Shown in pieces: positions 28,747-43,782 of a stretch of DNA of 64,000 nt. A program made the position numbers and the translations under genes. The DNA comes from Octopus vulgaris (lineage: Eukaryota): NCBI GenBank assembly GCA_951406725.2, contig OX597842.1:14136001-14200000 (forward strand), in the 5' to 3' direction. The first letter of the stretch is position 1; each line of letters begins with the position of its first letter. The notes under the pieces were generated by a model, which worked only from the letters and a program-made list of their open reading frames with translations, did not search any database and had not been told where the DNA came from.

Positions 28747-30740
28747 AGCCCTTTCAACCTGGTCAACCATACAACGTCTTTCAATAAATATACCATGCAA
28801 AGAAAACCACCCTGCTATTTCGGTGCGAAGAAAGGCATCGAAACTATCCTCACAATGGACTGAGTCGATATCTGGATTCGTCTTCCACGCGACAGCAGAT
28901 ATTCGACATAAACCCACAATTCAGAAAAACAAGGGCACTAAAAGAGAGTGAGAAGAACAGTTTCATCGCTCTCTGCGTATCTTGGGCATGCTGGGATGAA
29001 TGTTCTTCTGTTTCTAGAGTTTACCTCGAACGAGCAGTGCCCTACGGTATCATTTCCAGCCCAAGGATTTCTAGAAATTATGTATAGTCCTTGGCCCGAA
29101 AGTTGTCCGGAACAGACCAGCCAACACGTTCTTGTCGACGCCAAGTGACTCCATGAGAACATCGTCGTACTTACCCGCCATTAACCCTCTATAGGACGCC
29201 ATCTCTATTTTCGCTCTAATAGCGTTAGACTGATCATCTCCTGATGTTGAATGTTTCCAAAATGTAATGATTCACCCAAACTACGACGAGATACCACGGT
29301 ACATTGCTGCGATCCTAACAAATGCTTTAGGCTGATCTAAACTGATCAACGTCCCACTCATGCCAGCTTCATTAACAACACTGTCTATGATATGTCTCAT
29401 GAGGTGGATGTTGTTGTGGATGGATCTGCTTGGGATTGCGCAAGTACCTTGGCCAAAATTGTGAAGTCCGCGTTCAGCAGAATTACCGGCCGAAAAGTTT
29501 CTATTCGATCCCTCTTCTTAGAGTTCTTTCTTGGCGGTTCTCCAATTCCTCAGCTCATAGAACTCGGCTTTCTCCCATTCTGCTGTCAGTGGCGGTAGAA
29601 GTCTGCTAAGAAGTCGCCAAACAAATCTGGCATATAATAGTAAAGCCCAATACGCAGACTATCCAAATCAAGCGATTTGCCTGCCATGCAGCCCATTATC
29701 ACATCCCGGTGTGACGCATTCAGATTCCAGTAACCGGATCCCTGCTGATTGAATCCGGCACACATCCGCTTGGGCTCGAGTATCGTTCGGTCACCTGGCT
29801 CTACCAAAGACTGAATTGTGGATCTGTTTCTGCGTTGAGCCTCTGTAAGTCGTTCCCATTGAGCGGCTTTCATTCCCTTTTTCTTAGAGGACAACCTTCG
29901 CTCTGAGAATGTACCCTTCGTGCTGAGGGTTGAACAATTCGTCGAGGACCGAACTCGCTGGATACATGTCGGTTGTAATGCCACTCCTAAGCCCCGCTTC
30001 TAAGTCCCTAATTTGCTTTTTCTATTTCATTTTTTGTATCGCTAGTCCCTTCCTAAACCTAACTGATTCTATTCCAATTGCCATTTTAGGGCTTAACACC
30101 ATTTATCGTTATGTATTGACCCTGTTAGTACACACTTAACTAATTTAGTAATGTGGTCTCTGTCAGCTGAGCACACCAGGAGTGAGGCGTCCAGATTGCA
30201 GTAACTGGATCCCTGCCCAGATCACAAATGTGTGGTATGTGTAGGTGACGATTTTGAAAATTAGTCAACTTATACTATTTCTGTCCACTGGCCTACTGGA
30301 ATTGTATCTAAATACGCCCTGGATGACCCACTGCGGTTAGCCCAAGTCCATACTGGTGCGTTCTGGAAATCCAGCCGGTACTTGTCAGACAGTTGAAAAC
30401 TTCTGACCTATTTTGCGAGACTGTTGGACCCACCTACTCTATCCGCTAGCTCTAAACGGTCTAAACGTGGCTGTAAGACAGTGTTCCAGTTGCCCATAAG
30501 CTCTAAAGGACGAAACGTTCTGAGAAAACAACTTCCAGGGGTTTCAAGTAGTCCGGCTGCCTTGTTCCTGTAGGAGGATAGACAGCCACCAGCGTGAAGC
30601 CACCCCTGTCACTCCTCATCACATCCTGGACGACTAACTTTCCGTCTGAGTCAAGGAAGATAGTGTTTATCTCGAGATCCAAATTCTCCGAGGCAACACA
30701 GCAGTTCCGCCTCCCATTCCCTTCTAACACGGAAATAAAT
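28747..30740 (-). mobile_element. Decayed L1/Tx1-like element, copy 2
   Basis: Paralogous to 14940-16790; truncated at the duplication junction. Confidence 0.75.
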
Positions 30741-31742
30741 AGAAGCAAATAATGTTGTTGCTTTAATAATTTTTCTCTCCTCTGTTTGACACGGAAATGG
30801 TGGCAGTGTCCAACTTTTCTAGTGTTTCACGTTTTCTCTTCACTTTCCTTCTTATTGTTGTTACTCTGGTTGGTCTTCCTGACGGTAGTAGTGGTAGCGG
30901 TCTTAGTGTTCTCCTCCGCCTTCATGTTTCCATCGTTGTTCATTGTGTTGATGCTGTTCTTGTTGTTGTTGTTGTTGTTGGTGGTGGTGGTGTTGCTGCT
31001 GCTATTCTTCCTCTCATTCTCAACCATATTTGGTAGTGGAGGGAAAGACATTTCTGATGGTATAAACTCCGTGAGCAGAGTAGCGTCAATAATTGACATT
31101 GAAAAGAAATGGAAAACTTAAATATGAATGGAAATTCGAAAACGTTAGGAAGAATGGAATTGAAGAACTGAAGCAGCCCATAAATGCAAAATAAGCAAAG
31201 TTTTGAATAGGTTTGAATAATGGATTAAGCAATACCAGCCAAACAAATTATTTAGAAGTGACCAAAAAAAAGATTTTGACCTGAGAATAATGACGATAAA
31301 AAACGTACGAGATTAGTCCCTGATGCTGATAAAATTCGACTTTTCTAGGATAAGGTATGGTGTAAGCATGAAAAGCATAATACTACAGCTGAATGACTCT
31401 GCAACCTGAAGTAAACAGCTTATCCTCAGCAAGAGGCCACTCACTTCATAGATGACAGTATTAGAAATATGAGAAAAAATATATGCAATAGGAAAGCATC
31501 AAGGCCTGATGGTGTACAGGGATTTTAGATACAATAGTTCAGTAGTTGCCGTAAATTGAACGGAGAGCAATTAAATGCATTGATTAATGGAATAGAATAA
31601 ATCCCAGGCTGGCTAAGAAGAAGAAGAAGAACGGTGTTGTGCCTGAAGGATGCATCAAAGGGAAACGCAGACGAATTTCCTGCCTCCCGTTAATGTGGAA
31701 GTTACTGTCAGAATGAATTGCAGAAGCGCTGTATATTAATAA

Positions 31743-31829
<87 letters not shown>

Positions 31830-31854
31830 ATTAATAATAATACTGATAATGATG

Positions 31855-31934
<80 letters not shown>

Positions 31935-31989
31935 GATATTGATAATAATAATAATGATAATAATAATATTAATAATAATACTGATAATG

Positions 31990-32047
<58 letters not shown>

Positions 32048-32199
32048 TAATAATAATAATAATTATAACGATAAGAAGAAGAAGAAGAAGAAAAAGAAGA
32101 AGAAAAAGAAGAAGAAGAAGCAGAAGAAGAAGAAGAAGAAGAAGAAGAAGAAGAAGAAGAAGAAGAAGAAGAAGAAGCAGAAGAGGAAGAAGAAGAAGC

Positions 32200-32232
<33 letters not shown>

Positions 32233-32723
32233 AGAAGAAAAAAAGAAGAAGAAGAAGAGACTGTGGGCGGAAGAATATTTAGAAGAAATATTGAAGGAAT
32301 CATGAAGATTGTGGTCAGGATAACGATGAACTAAATGAAGATAGAATTAATGATAATACTTTGGGCGACGATTTAAAATTGAAGGGAACAGAAGAAGGAG
32401 ACGAAGAAGTACAAGAAAGAAGAGCAACAATTAAAGGACATGTTTAAAAACGATCGTCTAAAATATGCAGCTCTAAATACACATTTAGAACGGTGAATCA
32501 AGAAAGTTATTTAGCTTCCATCTAAAGGTAACTGCCGTACATATTATACACATATATTAATACACTTGCATATATTTGTGCATAGACCAAGACACGTGCA
32601 TGCTGTAGATGATTCCCCTCAATTATCAACCTCCCATATATCCCCTTTCAAAAAATGTCCTCAAACTCACATTCACATACATTTAAGTATAAGAGATGAA
32701 TATTGGCAATGTCCTGTACTTGA

Positions 32724-32771
<48 letters not shown>

Positions 32772-32804
32772 ACACACACATATATATATATATATTCTAC
32801 TTAC

Positions 32805-32876
32805 AGAGTTCTTAAAGAGGACAGATTACGGAAGACATCTGCTTTGATTTCCTTCATATCATTAGAACTCAAGTCT
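32805..32876 (-). CDS. LRR exon family F: DLSSNDMKEIKADVFRNLSSLRT(L)
   Basis: 72 bp, intact AG/GT, phase 2-2. Confidence 0.9.
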
Positions 32877-34079
32877 CTGAAACAAAATTGAGTTAATAAG
32901 CAATTGTATAGAACATATTTGTGACAGAATATCTCTGGTCAATTAAATGATGAAAACTTAAGATTGAAGATCGCGATGATGATTAATTCCATTAATTTCA
33001 TGTCACCGTTGCGATGATGATGTTGATGACGAAGATGAGGACGATACTGATGCTGAGGTGGATGAGGTGTATTGGAAGTATAATGAAGGAGTTTAGCATG
33101 TCTAAGGTGATTCTGAATATGATAGTCATGATGATGCTAATCGAAGATGCTGATCATGATGAGGACAATGATGAACTTGACGATGTTCATGATCGATAAA
33201 TGTAACAAGGAACATGAGACGGATTCAATCATGAGGTAATGGACGAGAACGTCGACAATTTCCTCGGAGGTTATGGTTGAGAATTGCATTGTATGCGTTT
33301 TAGACGGATACAAATTGATAAGTAAGAGAAGATATATGAAGAAGTCAGGAGAAAAAGTTAGTGAAAGTAAAGAAAAAGATGACAAGATGACGACAAAAAA
33401 GTAGGGGAAGAAGAAGAAGTAGGACAAAATGAAGGAGGAGGAGAAGAAGAAGAAGAAGAAGAAGAAGAAGAAGAAGAAGAAGAAGAAGAAGAACAAGAAG
33501 AAGACTTGTGGAAAACGAACAAAAGAAAATACATAACAAAATCGATGTACAAGTAGAAAAGGAAGAGATGAACGGAGAAAAAGTAGTTCTTGAGGATGAT
33601 GATGATGATGATGATGATGAAGTACGTAATGTCCCTTAGGTTACAATGATGAGGTTTGAAATGGGGAAAGTTGAAGTTAACATAATTGTTGCCGAAATTT
33701 TCGAAGAAAAATATTTAGCACAAGAAGAAGTAAAGGGTGAATGAAAGAAGATAAAAGCAAAAATAAGGTATTTATGTATGATGAAGGCAACGAGGAAGGA
33801 GAAGTATTGCAAGTAGTAGTAGTAGTAGTAAAAGAAGAAGAGCCGGATTGGAAAAAAGTTCAAGCTAGGTACTTTGGAACATTTAATGCCAACACATATT
33901 CAGATTCACGGACTCACAGATACACACATTTACATACACAAACAATCAGACCTTTCCATCTAAGGAGAGTGAGAATATTGGGATGGAGGACGACGTTGAG
34001 CGAAAAAGAATGGGAAGATTTTGAATATTTCGTAGTAAATCATTAATGAAATATTATCAGCAAGAGTCATTCTACTTAA

Positions 34080-34151
34080 AGATATGTTAATATGGGCAGG
34101 TCATGGAAGGCTCTTACTTCAATCTCACTGATTTCATTATTTTGCAAATAT
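34080..34151 (-). pseudogene. LRR pseudo-exon family E; donor GT>TT
   Basis: Same sequence as 20820-20891. Confidence 0.8.
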
Positions 34152-35281
34152 CTAACATGAAGAATTGAAAGTATAAAACAAGTGTATAAAAATAATGTGA
34201 ACATTTGGAGAGAATGAATAAAGAGGAAACGAGTGGGAGAAAGTTTTCCAGGGAGAAGGAGAATAAAAAGAAGAGAAGGAAGAGATAGAAGGAAAGAGGT
34301 GTCTGGATGGGAAGGAGATCAGAGGAAGACAAACAGCATCAAAATGCAAAAGAGAAGCAAAAGGAGTAGAGAGAGGAAGTCGAATACCTATAATACAAAC
34401 GCTAGAAATGGGATGAAATAAGGAAAGAACAGAATGAAGAATATGCAACAAATCTATGTTCAAATTATGAAGTGCTTCCAATACTTCATTTTAAGACCTC
34501 TCACCCCTCTTCCCAAAGATGTGTTATCATGTATATCAATCTGTGACTGTGGGCCCATTTCCTTGATATGGTACATAGAACAGAGTGATACTTGCGGGGA
34601 AGAATTTTGTGAATAGGATAACATTTACATAGTACTACAGGGGGCACAAGGAGATGCTTAAGCAAGATAACAAATCATGCTCAGACGAACAAGTGAGATT
34701 TTATTGTGAAAATTATCTCCGTTAAAGCATGAACATTAACGTAATTTCATATTACCCAAAAAGGCCCATGATATTTGTTCTAAAGAAACAATAGATTTAC
34801 TCTCGAACATATTAAAGCTCCCCTATTCAACACTTGTATGGAATGTTGGAATATAACGAAAAAAAACGAATGAAGATTTTTTGACATACGGAGGATCAGT
34901 CAACATGACGTGTGAAAGTTTTAAAATTGCACCTGAGAGGTAAAGCAGTGGAGAAGGATATAGGGTTGTTGTCTTGATGACGAAGAAATTACGATGAGGA
35001 ATAGCAGGAGGGGAAGGGGGGAGAATGGAAAAGAAGAAGGAGGTGAAAAAGAAGACGAAGAAGGGGTAAAAGAAGGAAAAGAAGGAAAATGTGGAAGGAA
35101 AAGAAGACAAAGAAAGGAAAATAGAAAAAGAAGTAGAATAAAAGAAGGGAATACAAAGGAGAAAAAGAAAAGAAGGAAGAGAAGAAAGGCAGAACACAAA
35201 GGGGAAGAGATGGAAGAAGAAGAAGAAGAAGAAGAGGTAACAAAACAAGTAGAAGAAGAAGAAGAAGATTAAGAAGAAGAT

Positions 35282-35312
<31 letters not shown>

Positions 35313-35821
35313 AAGAAGAAGAAAGAGAAGATGAAGTAGAGGAGGAAGAATGATGGTAATTAGTGGCTATGGCGACGGAAGCACCGTACATGATATACAC
35401 GCCGAAATATACATACATTTTGATACACTCCCTTCCACACATCCATACACATTCACACAGTCATATATGTATGCAAAAATAAGTTTCCACTAACATTTTC
35501 CCATCAATTGCTATTCACTCATAAATCCGAAAACACATAAATATGCCCTCACTCATATTCACAAACGTTGGCACACAATACCTCGCCCTTTAGACAGACA
35601 ATGGTTGTAGACATACACGGAGACGTACACATTCATTCACTAAATTGTTCCCCGCAAGTATCACTCAGTCATATGTACCATATCAGTCACAGATTTATAT
35701 ACATGATAACACATCTTTGGAAAGAGGGGTGAGGTTGCTTAAAATGAAATATTGGAAGACATTACATTTATAGAAATATATCGTCAATGTCATAATAAAA
35801 ATAAACACTGATTCAACTTAC

Positions 35822-35893
35822 AGATTTGTTAAACTGGACAGATTTCGGAAGGTGTCTGGTTTTATTTCTTTGATATCATTAGAACTCAAAGAT
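35822..35893 (-). CDS. LRR exon family A: SLSSNDIKEIKPDTFRNLSSLTN(L)
   Basis: 72 bp, intact AG/GT, phase 2-2. Confidence 0.9.
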
Positions 35894-36186
35894 CTGGAAC
35901 ATAAAATTCACGTAAGTAAAAATTTTATAGAACATTTTGGCTAAAAAATAAGGATTTCGGAAGTTATGTAAAGTAGAACATGATGATAATTAGTTTCATG
36001 ATGATGATGGTGATGATAATTTTGATAATGCTGCTGTTGATGATGATGATGAGGATAATGATGAAGTGGAAGTGGAGGAGGATAAAGGTGGCGGAAGAAC
36101 TTGTGGAACATGTGATGGTCCGAGTAATGAATAAGATGATGAAGCAGAAGAGATGAATATTTGGTTGTAGGTTTGATGACGATGTT

Positions 36187-36231
<45 letters not shown>

Positions 36232-36273
36232 TTGATAATAATAATAATAATAATAATAGTAATAATAATAATA

Positions 36274-36314
<41 letters not shown>

Positions 36315-36326
36315 TATAATTATAAC

Positions 36327-36371
<45 letters not shown>

Positions 36372-36380
36372 TGTAATAAT

Positions 36381-39300
36381 AGCGGCTGGACGTGACAGAG
36401 GATGGACGTATTTTTACGATGCTCTGAACTGGCAACAGCGAACCCAGCAGGTCAACTGTAGAAAACTGGAAGATCTACTGTTTTCTGTAAGTAATTTGAA
36501 TTACCCTCAAAATAAGTAAAAAAAAAAACTTACATATCTACAGCTCATACAAACGTACACCTAACAAGAAAAATTAGAAACATAAATATCTCCAATTCTG
36601 TGTGAACATTTACATTTAGTCGTCTCTCATGACTATAAGAATGTGTAAAATTGCCTTTTAAATTACCTTTTATTGTAACAACACAATTAAATGCACGATA
36701 AAAAGTTATGGAATTAAGCACCAACTACTATATACATACAACTGAATTCAGAAATTTAAAAATATATACATAACATTGAACTCAGAAAGTTATTTAAAAA
36801 AAAGAAAAAAAAAAAAATCTTCGACGAAAACATCAGATAATATGTGTGAGTGAATATACATATATATACATATACATATGCATGTGGTGAAGAAGAAAAG
36901 AGAACGGGAAAAAAAAATAAATAAATAAATAAACGTAAACAAGTTTGACCTTTTACTGACCATTAACGTCCTTTGTCTCCACCATCTACCGTGGCTATTT
37001 ATAGACCCAAAGAACATGAATTCTTTAACCACCCATTCTCCAACACAATGGAGTGTTGATGGTGGCTGTGGCTACACATTGAAGATGATGATGATGATGG
37101 TGATGTTGCTGATGATGGTGATGGTGGTGAAGATGATAGTAATAACAATAATAACTGACAGATCCCGTCTTTTTCCCTTTCTTTTCGTTTCCTTCTCCGT
37201 ATTTTATTCTCATTATTTCGAACTAATACAGACACAGTAAGCCTTGAAGAAAGGAAGAGGAGGAAAGGAGGAAAAAAAAATGTCCGGAGATAAAACTATC
37301 AACAAAAAAAATACAGACGAATATAGATCTGCTAGTCTTAAGAAGCGGCGCTATGAGCAATGCTTACATGTAGTGAACCCTAAACTGACAGATCCATCTC
37401 CTAATATAAGAATGGATGCTCGTCATGCTTCAAGGTCAACAAATCAAACAATAAACCGCATTGGTCATTGCGCGGATTACAAAAGACCACGTACCCGAAA
37501 ATTGAACCAAATCCTGATTGAAAAATCAGTTACTGGATCAAATCTTCCCAACACACAGGAGCTGGACGAACCCCACAACCGGAATATTCCAACAGATGGC
37601 CATCCATGCTCATCACCAAATAATCAAAAGAAAAAGAAGGAAAAATGGTCTAGGGAAGATAATAAAGAAGTTCTTCCATGCCATATATTTCCCCACAGAT
37701 AAGTCTAGCACTGTACAAGCATACTTAAACTGGAGACAGAAACACCCTGAAGTAAGACCCTACATAGACAGTAACAAGCTTGCCAATGTTAGAAGAAACA
37801 TTATAAAAAAGAAATTACTGACTGAAGTAGAAATTGATCAGGTTAGACAAGCAATATCGGATAAAATGAACGAAGCTGCAGCTAGAGAAGATAATACAGA
37901 GGAAATGATTATAGACCAGCCCAGGGCGGATAAAAACGAAGAGAGGATTGAAAGAGTTAGTATAAGTGATAGGCAAAGTGAAATACGCCCTGAACCAATC
38001 ATAAACACTAAGACAGATGAGCATCAAATAGATAAAGAAAGTCACACAAATATTGACCCAACAGAACTACATGAGCTAAAAAATCAAATCATGATTGAAT
38101 GGCTGAAAATTAAAGAAACCAGCATGGATGAGCGTGATACACTTCCTAAAATCCGCAACTCTAACCAAAACATGAAAATAATTGGTAAAATCCGGCTTGC
38201 ACTTAAGGATATAATTTCAGTTAATGATGTTGATATCACAAACCTCAACCACCTATACTATGCATCCGCGAAAATCTCAACGATCCTATGTGGTGTAAAG
38301 ATTAGAAAACGGCAACAGTCCCACAAAAAGCCTTCTTGGCAAGAGCGTCTGCAACAACAAATTAAAGTATTTAGATCTGACATTGAATATTTGAAAAACC
38401 TTAAGGCTCACAAGACTACCAAACCTACAAAAACCCAAAAATTACTGAAAAAATACAATATGAAAACTATACTTGATATTGATGCCACCATAGAAACCAT
38501 CAAACAAAAGGTATCTGCCAAAGCTACCCGCATAGCGAGGTATGAAAAGCGTGTTAGATTTTTCAAGGACAACAACATGTTCAAAAATAACACCAAGAAT
38601 TTTTACAGGAAGATAGGAAAAACAGCGTTTACTGCAGGGTCTGTACCATCAAAAGAAGAAGTGCAGAGATTTTGGAATAAAATCTGGGCAGAAGAAAAAA
38701 CACACAACGAAAAGGCCCCCTGGATTGACAGAATATCTACAGAACTGGACCCCTTAGAAGAGCAAAAGTGGGAGGGTGTCAAGGTAGAAGATATAAGATC
38801 TGCTCTCAGGAGGTCAAGCAAATGGAAGTCTCCAGGAAAGGATAAAATTCCTAACTTCTGGCTGAATGCCTTCCCAGAGAGCCATGAACTGCTAACAGAA
38901 CTGTACAATGATGTTCTGCAACACCCTAGTAAGATGCCTCCTTGGCTAGTTAATGGGTTAACATTCCTGCTTCCAAAAAGTGAAGAAACAAATGAACCAA
39001 AAACCTATAGACCCATAACCTGCTTAACAACTATGTACAAAACTCTAACATCTGTCCTGACGGAATATACCTATAGTTTTTTAACAGACAGCAGCATATT
39101 CCCTAATGAACAGAAAGGATGTAAACGTGGATCCTACGGCTGTAAAGACCAACTACTCATCAATAAGATGATCTTAGAAGATTGTCACAAACGACACAAA
39201 AACTTATCAATAGCCTGGATAGACTATAAAAAGGCTTTTGATAGCCTACCACATAGCTGGATTAGGAAATGCCTTGAAATGTATAAGATAGCACCAACTC

Positions 39301-41305
39301 TGCGAAACTTCTTGACTGTAAGTATGAGATCATGGAGAACCACACTAACTCTGAACAGTGACAGTGAATCCCTAAATGCTGGTGATGTAAAAATTTCGTG
39401 TGGCATTTTCCAGGGTGACTCACTGTCACCACTACTCTTTTGTTTATCCTTAATACCTCTCTCAAAGCTGCTCAATGACGCGCAGTACGGGTATAAAATG
39501 TTTGATAAAAATATAAATCATCTCGTTTACATGGATGATTTAAAGCTTTTTGCAAAAAATGATCAACAACTCAAGGGCTTACTAGCGATAGTCAAACAAT
39601 TCAGTGACGACATCAGAATGCAATTCGGCCTCGATAAATGTGCAAAGGCTACCTTTATCAAAGGAAAAATGACAGAAACATCTAACGTTAACCTTGACCA
39701 ACAGAATGTCATAAAAGAACTAGACCCAGCGGAGAGCTACAAGTACCTAGGGGTAATTGAAGGGAACGGAATAAGGCATTCAGAGTTGAAGGAAAGGATC
39801 AGGAGAGAATGCTATCGAAGAGTGAGAGCAATACTCAAGACAGAGCTGAATGCAAGAAAGAGGATCGAAGCAATCAATGCATTAGCTATACCAGTCGTGA
39901 CTTACAGTTTCAATATTGTTAACTGGTCAATTACTGAAATATGTCAGCTCGACAGAAAAATAAGGAAACTGTTGACAATGCATAGAATGCACCACCCTAA
40001 GGCAGATACAGAACGACTCTATCTGCCAAGAAAGGAGGGAGGTCGTGGTCTTTTGCAACTGGCAATAACAATGAAGATTGCTACAATTGGCCTAGACACC
40101 TACCTGAAAAACTCTGAGGACTGGATGTTAAAACTTGTCTCAAAACATGAAAACAAGAAAGCATCATACTCAGTCACAAAACAGGCAAAGGAATATCTAA
40201 GTGAATTCCGAATACAACCAATTTCGGAATTAGAGATAGACATACAAGAAACAAGCACAGAAAAGCTAGGCGCATGAAAACCCGTGCAAAACTGCGGCCT
40301 TAGATATTCTGAATAATAAATGGCAATAAAAACCTCTCTACGGCAAATACCCAAAGAGAGCGAATAATGCAGATATCGACAAAGCCCTGACCCATCAATG
40401 GCTAATGGCCTCTGGCTTAAAATCTGAAACAGAGGGGTTTATCATAGCAGCTCAAGATCAATGCCTACCAACAAGAAACTACCAGGCCAACATATTAAAG
40501 ATCAGAAGCAGTCCAACGTGTCGTGTATGCAAGCAACAAAATGAAACCATTGACCATGTGGTCTCCAAGTGCAGTCTTCTAGCGCCTACAGAGTATCTCA
40601 ACAGGCACGATAGAGCTGCACAATATATTCACTGGGTAATCTGTAAAAACCTGGATTTGCCCCATGAAAAAAACTGGTGGGAACACAAACCACCCCCAGT
40701 GCTTGAAAATGACCACATCTCACTCCTCTGGAACTTCACCATTCAAACTGACAGGAAGATAGATGCAAATAGGCGAGACATCATATTGAAAGACTTCAAA
40801 CAAAGAACATGCCTCCTCATTGATATGACTGTCCCAATCGATATAAACGTATCTGTCAGGACCTACCAAAAACAGAGCAAATATAAAGATCTTGAAATAG
40901 AAATCAGCAAAATGTGGAAGCTGAAGACTAAAACAATACCTGTTGTCATAGGTGCCCTGGGAATGATAGAAAAAGGGGCTGATAGCTACCTAACTCAGAT
41001 ACCAGGAAACCCAAAAATGGCAGAAGTTCAAAAGATAGTGCTCATGGGAACTGCTCATATCCTACGCAAAATACTCTCTATGTAACCTCAAGGTTTAAAA
41101 CAACCATAATTTTCGGTTTAAAAAAAAAAAAAAAAAAAAAAACTTTTTTTCTTTTAGACATTCATTAGTACAACATCCCCACCCCCCAAATATATGGCAC
41201 ACTAGGCATAACAACAACATGAACTTCCAACCCTGTTGTCTCTTGAGGTCTCTGGGTGAGACTTGGAGCCAACTTGTACAAATATAAAGCAAAAGTCAAA
41301 CATAG
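36381..41305 (+). mobile_element. R4/Dong-like retrotransposon, copy 2
   Basis: Near-identical to copy 1 and shares its premature TAA (40327-40329). Extra frameshifts at ~37674 and ~40265-40290. Flanked by (TAA)n. 5' boundary uncertain. Confidence 0.88.
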
Positions 41306-41491
41306 AATAATAATAATAATAACAATAATAATAATAATAATATTTACAGACTCAAAAATCTGCTATTTCTATCGAAAAAGAGTGATAATATTGAGGAAGG
41401 CATGGTCGGGACGTGATATAAAATGGGAATATTTTAAATGTCTAGTAATATATTGTCAGTAAAATATTATCAAAATGAATTCGCAACTTAC

Positions 41492-41563
41492 AGATATGTT
41501 AACCTGGTCAGATCATCGAATGTCCCTGATTCAATTTTGTCGATATTATTTCCATTCAAATAT
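41492..41563 (-). CDS. LRR exon family B: YLNGNNIDKIESGTFDDLTRLTY(L)
   Basis: 72 bp, intact AG/GT, phase 2-2. Confidence 0.9.
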
Positions 41564-43405
41564 CTGTAAAATAAAAGTTTGACTGATAAGGTAACGCATG
41601 GATGAGTATTATTGTAAAATATTATTATCCACGAAATGTCTGTAAAATAAAATTTTAAATGTTTAGAAAATGTATAGATGTGTTTTACGATTGAATGTAA
41701 AATATTTTTGTTAAACAATTACTATTTTGTGGAGAAGGAAACTAGAATGAGAATGGAGATGATGTTCATCTTAAGAATGACAGGAGGAAGAAGCGGAGGA
41801 GAAGAGTGGTGGTGGAGATGTTCATGGTGGTATGGGTAAATCTAAGGAAAAGGTAGTGTAAAGGAGGATGGTGAGAGTGTTGATAAAGATAATATTGTCT
41901 CTTATGAAGGATGTAAAATCCGTGACAATGATATTGATGACGGTAATTATGATGGTGGTGATGATTACGATGATTAGGAAGATTTGGAATACGACTGTGA
42001 AGCTGGTGTTGTTTCTAAAGTGGATGGCAAGGAATATGTTGATGACGATAAATTTCAGGGCTTTTAAGTTACTGAAGGTGATTATGATGATGGTAATGTT
42101 TATGATGATGATGATGAGACGATGCGATTGTCGATGAAATAGAAAAGAAAAGAAGGAAATTGCAAAACCGTATTGCGAAATAAATTTGAAAGGTTGAACT
42201 GAAAGATGATTGTAGTTTGTAAGAAAATGATGAAGGAGGAGGAGGATAAAAAGAAAAGGAAAAGGAATCAAAATGAGTAGAACAAGACGAATAAGATTAC
42301 AATAATGAAGCAGGAGGAAAAGTCTTGGAGAATTGAAAGACGTGAAAGTAGAATGAAATAAGGAAAAGCTTGAAATTAAAAGGCGATTAATAAATAGAAA
42401 AAATATAATATTAATGATGGTGATGATAATAATAATAATAATAATAATAATGATAATAATAGTAATGATAATAATAATAATAAAAATGAGAAGAAGAAGT
42501 AGAAGAAGAAGAAGAAGAAGAAAGCGAAGAAGAAAAAAGAAGAAATAGTAGTAGTAGTAGTAGTAGTAGGAGGAGGAGGAGGAGGAGAAGGAGCAGGGGA
42601 AAGAAAAGGATGAGGGAGAAGAGAAGAAGGAGAATACGGAAAGAAGGCAATGCTTTACATGAATGTAGACCAAAAAATCGAGCAAGACGAAGAAGACGAA
42701 GAAGAATAATAGATGTAGAAAAGAAGAAGAAAAGGAAGAAGAAAAAGGAGAATGGGAGGGGGAAGGGGAGAGTTGAACTAGCAGGTGAAGGAGGCAGAGG
42801 AGGAGAGTGAGCAGGATACGAAGATATGAGAGAAGAAGAGAAAGAAGAAGAAGAAGGAGAAGAAGAAAAAGAAGACGAAGAAGAATTGGAAGAAGAAAAG
42901 GAAGAAGAATTGGAAAAAAAAAGAAAGGGAATGTCCAGAGCTAAAGAGACACAATTCACAAACACAGAAGAATAAGAAAGATTTCAGTAGAGATTGAGAT
43001 GCAGAAGGTGGGGAGTGTGGAGAGGAAATTGGTAAATATCATAAATCAAGGAGGGACTGAAGGGGAATGAGAGGTAAGGGTAGAATAAATAAAGAAGAAT
43101 AATACGAAGAGAAAGAAAAATCATAGAAGAGAATAGTAGCAGTAGTAGTAGTAGTAGTGATGGTGGTGGTGGTGGTGGTAGTAGTAGTTGTAGTAGTAGT
43201 AGTAATAGTATTAGTAGTAGTAGTATTGGTGGTGATGATGGTGGTGGTGGTGGTGGTAGTAGTAGTAGTACCAGTTGTAGTAGTAGGAGTAGTAGTAGTA
43301 GTAGTGATGTTGGTGGTTGTTTTTGTGGTGATGGTGGTGTTGGCCGTGGTGCTGCTACGGCTGGAGGTGATGGTGGTGGCTGTAGTAGTAGTAGTAGTAG
43401 TAGTG

Positions 43406-43442
<37 letters not shown>

Positions 43443-43710
43443 AAGTAACAGAAACATCAGTTGTAGTAGAGGAAGGCAAAGATGGAGTCGCAGAAATCGT
43501 TGGATTGGTTAAAGAGAACAAACAAGATTGGATGTAACACAAAATAATATACATGCGAACACTCAGATTCGAACACACACTGACACACATATTTACACAC
43601 ACACGATGATGAATCAATTCTACGAATTTCGTGTCACTGATTATGATACTAGTGATGAAAATGTTGATGATTACCAATGAAATATTATCATAAAGACGCA
43701 TTCTACTTAC

Positions 43711-43782
43711 AGATTTGTCACACTGGGAAGGTCATGGAATGCTCTTACTTCAATCTCTCTGATTTCATTATTTTGCAAATTT
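43711..43782 (-). CDS. LRR exon family E: NLQNNEIREIEVRAFHDLPSVTN(L)
   Basis: 72 bp, intact AG/GT, phase 2-2. Confidence 0.88.
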
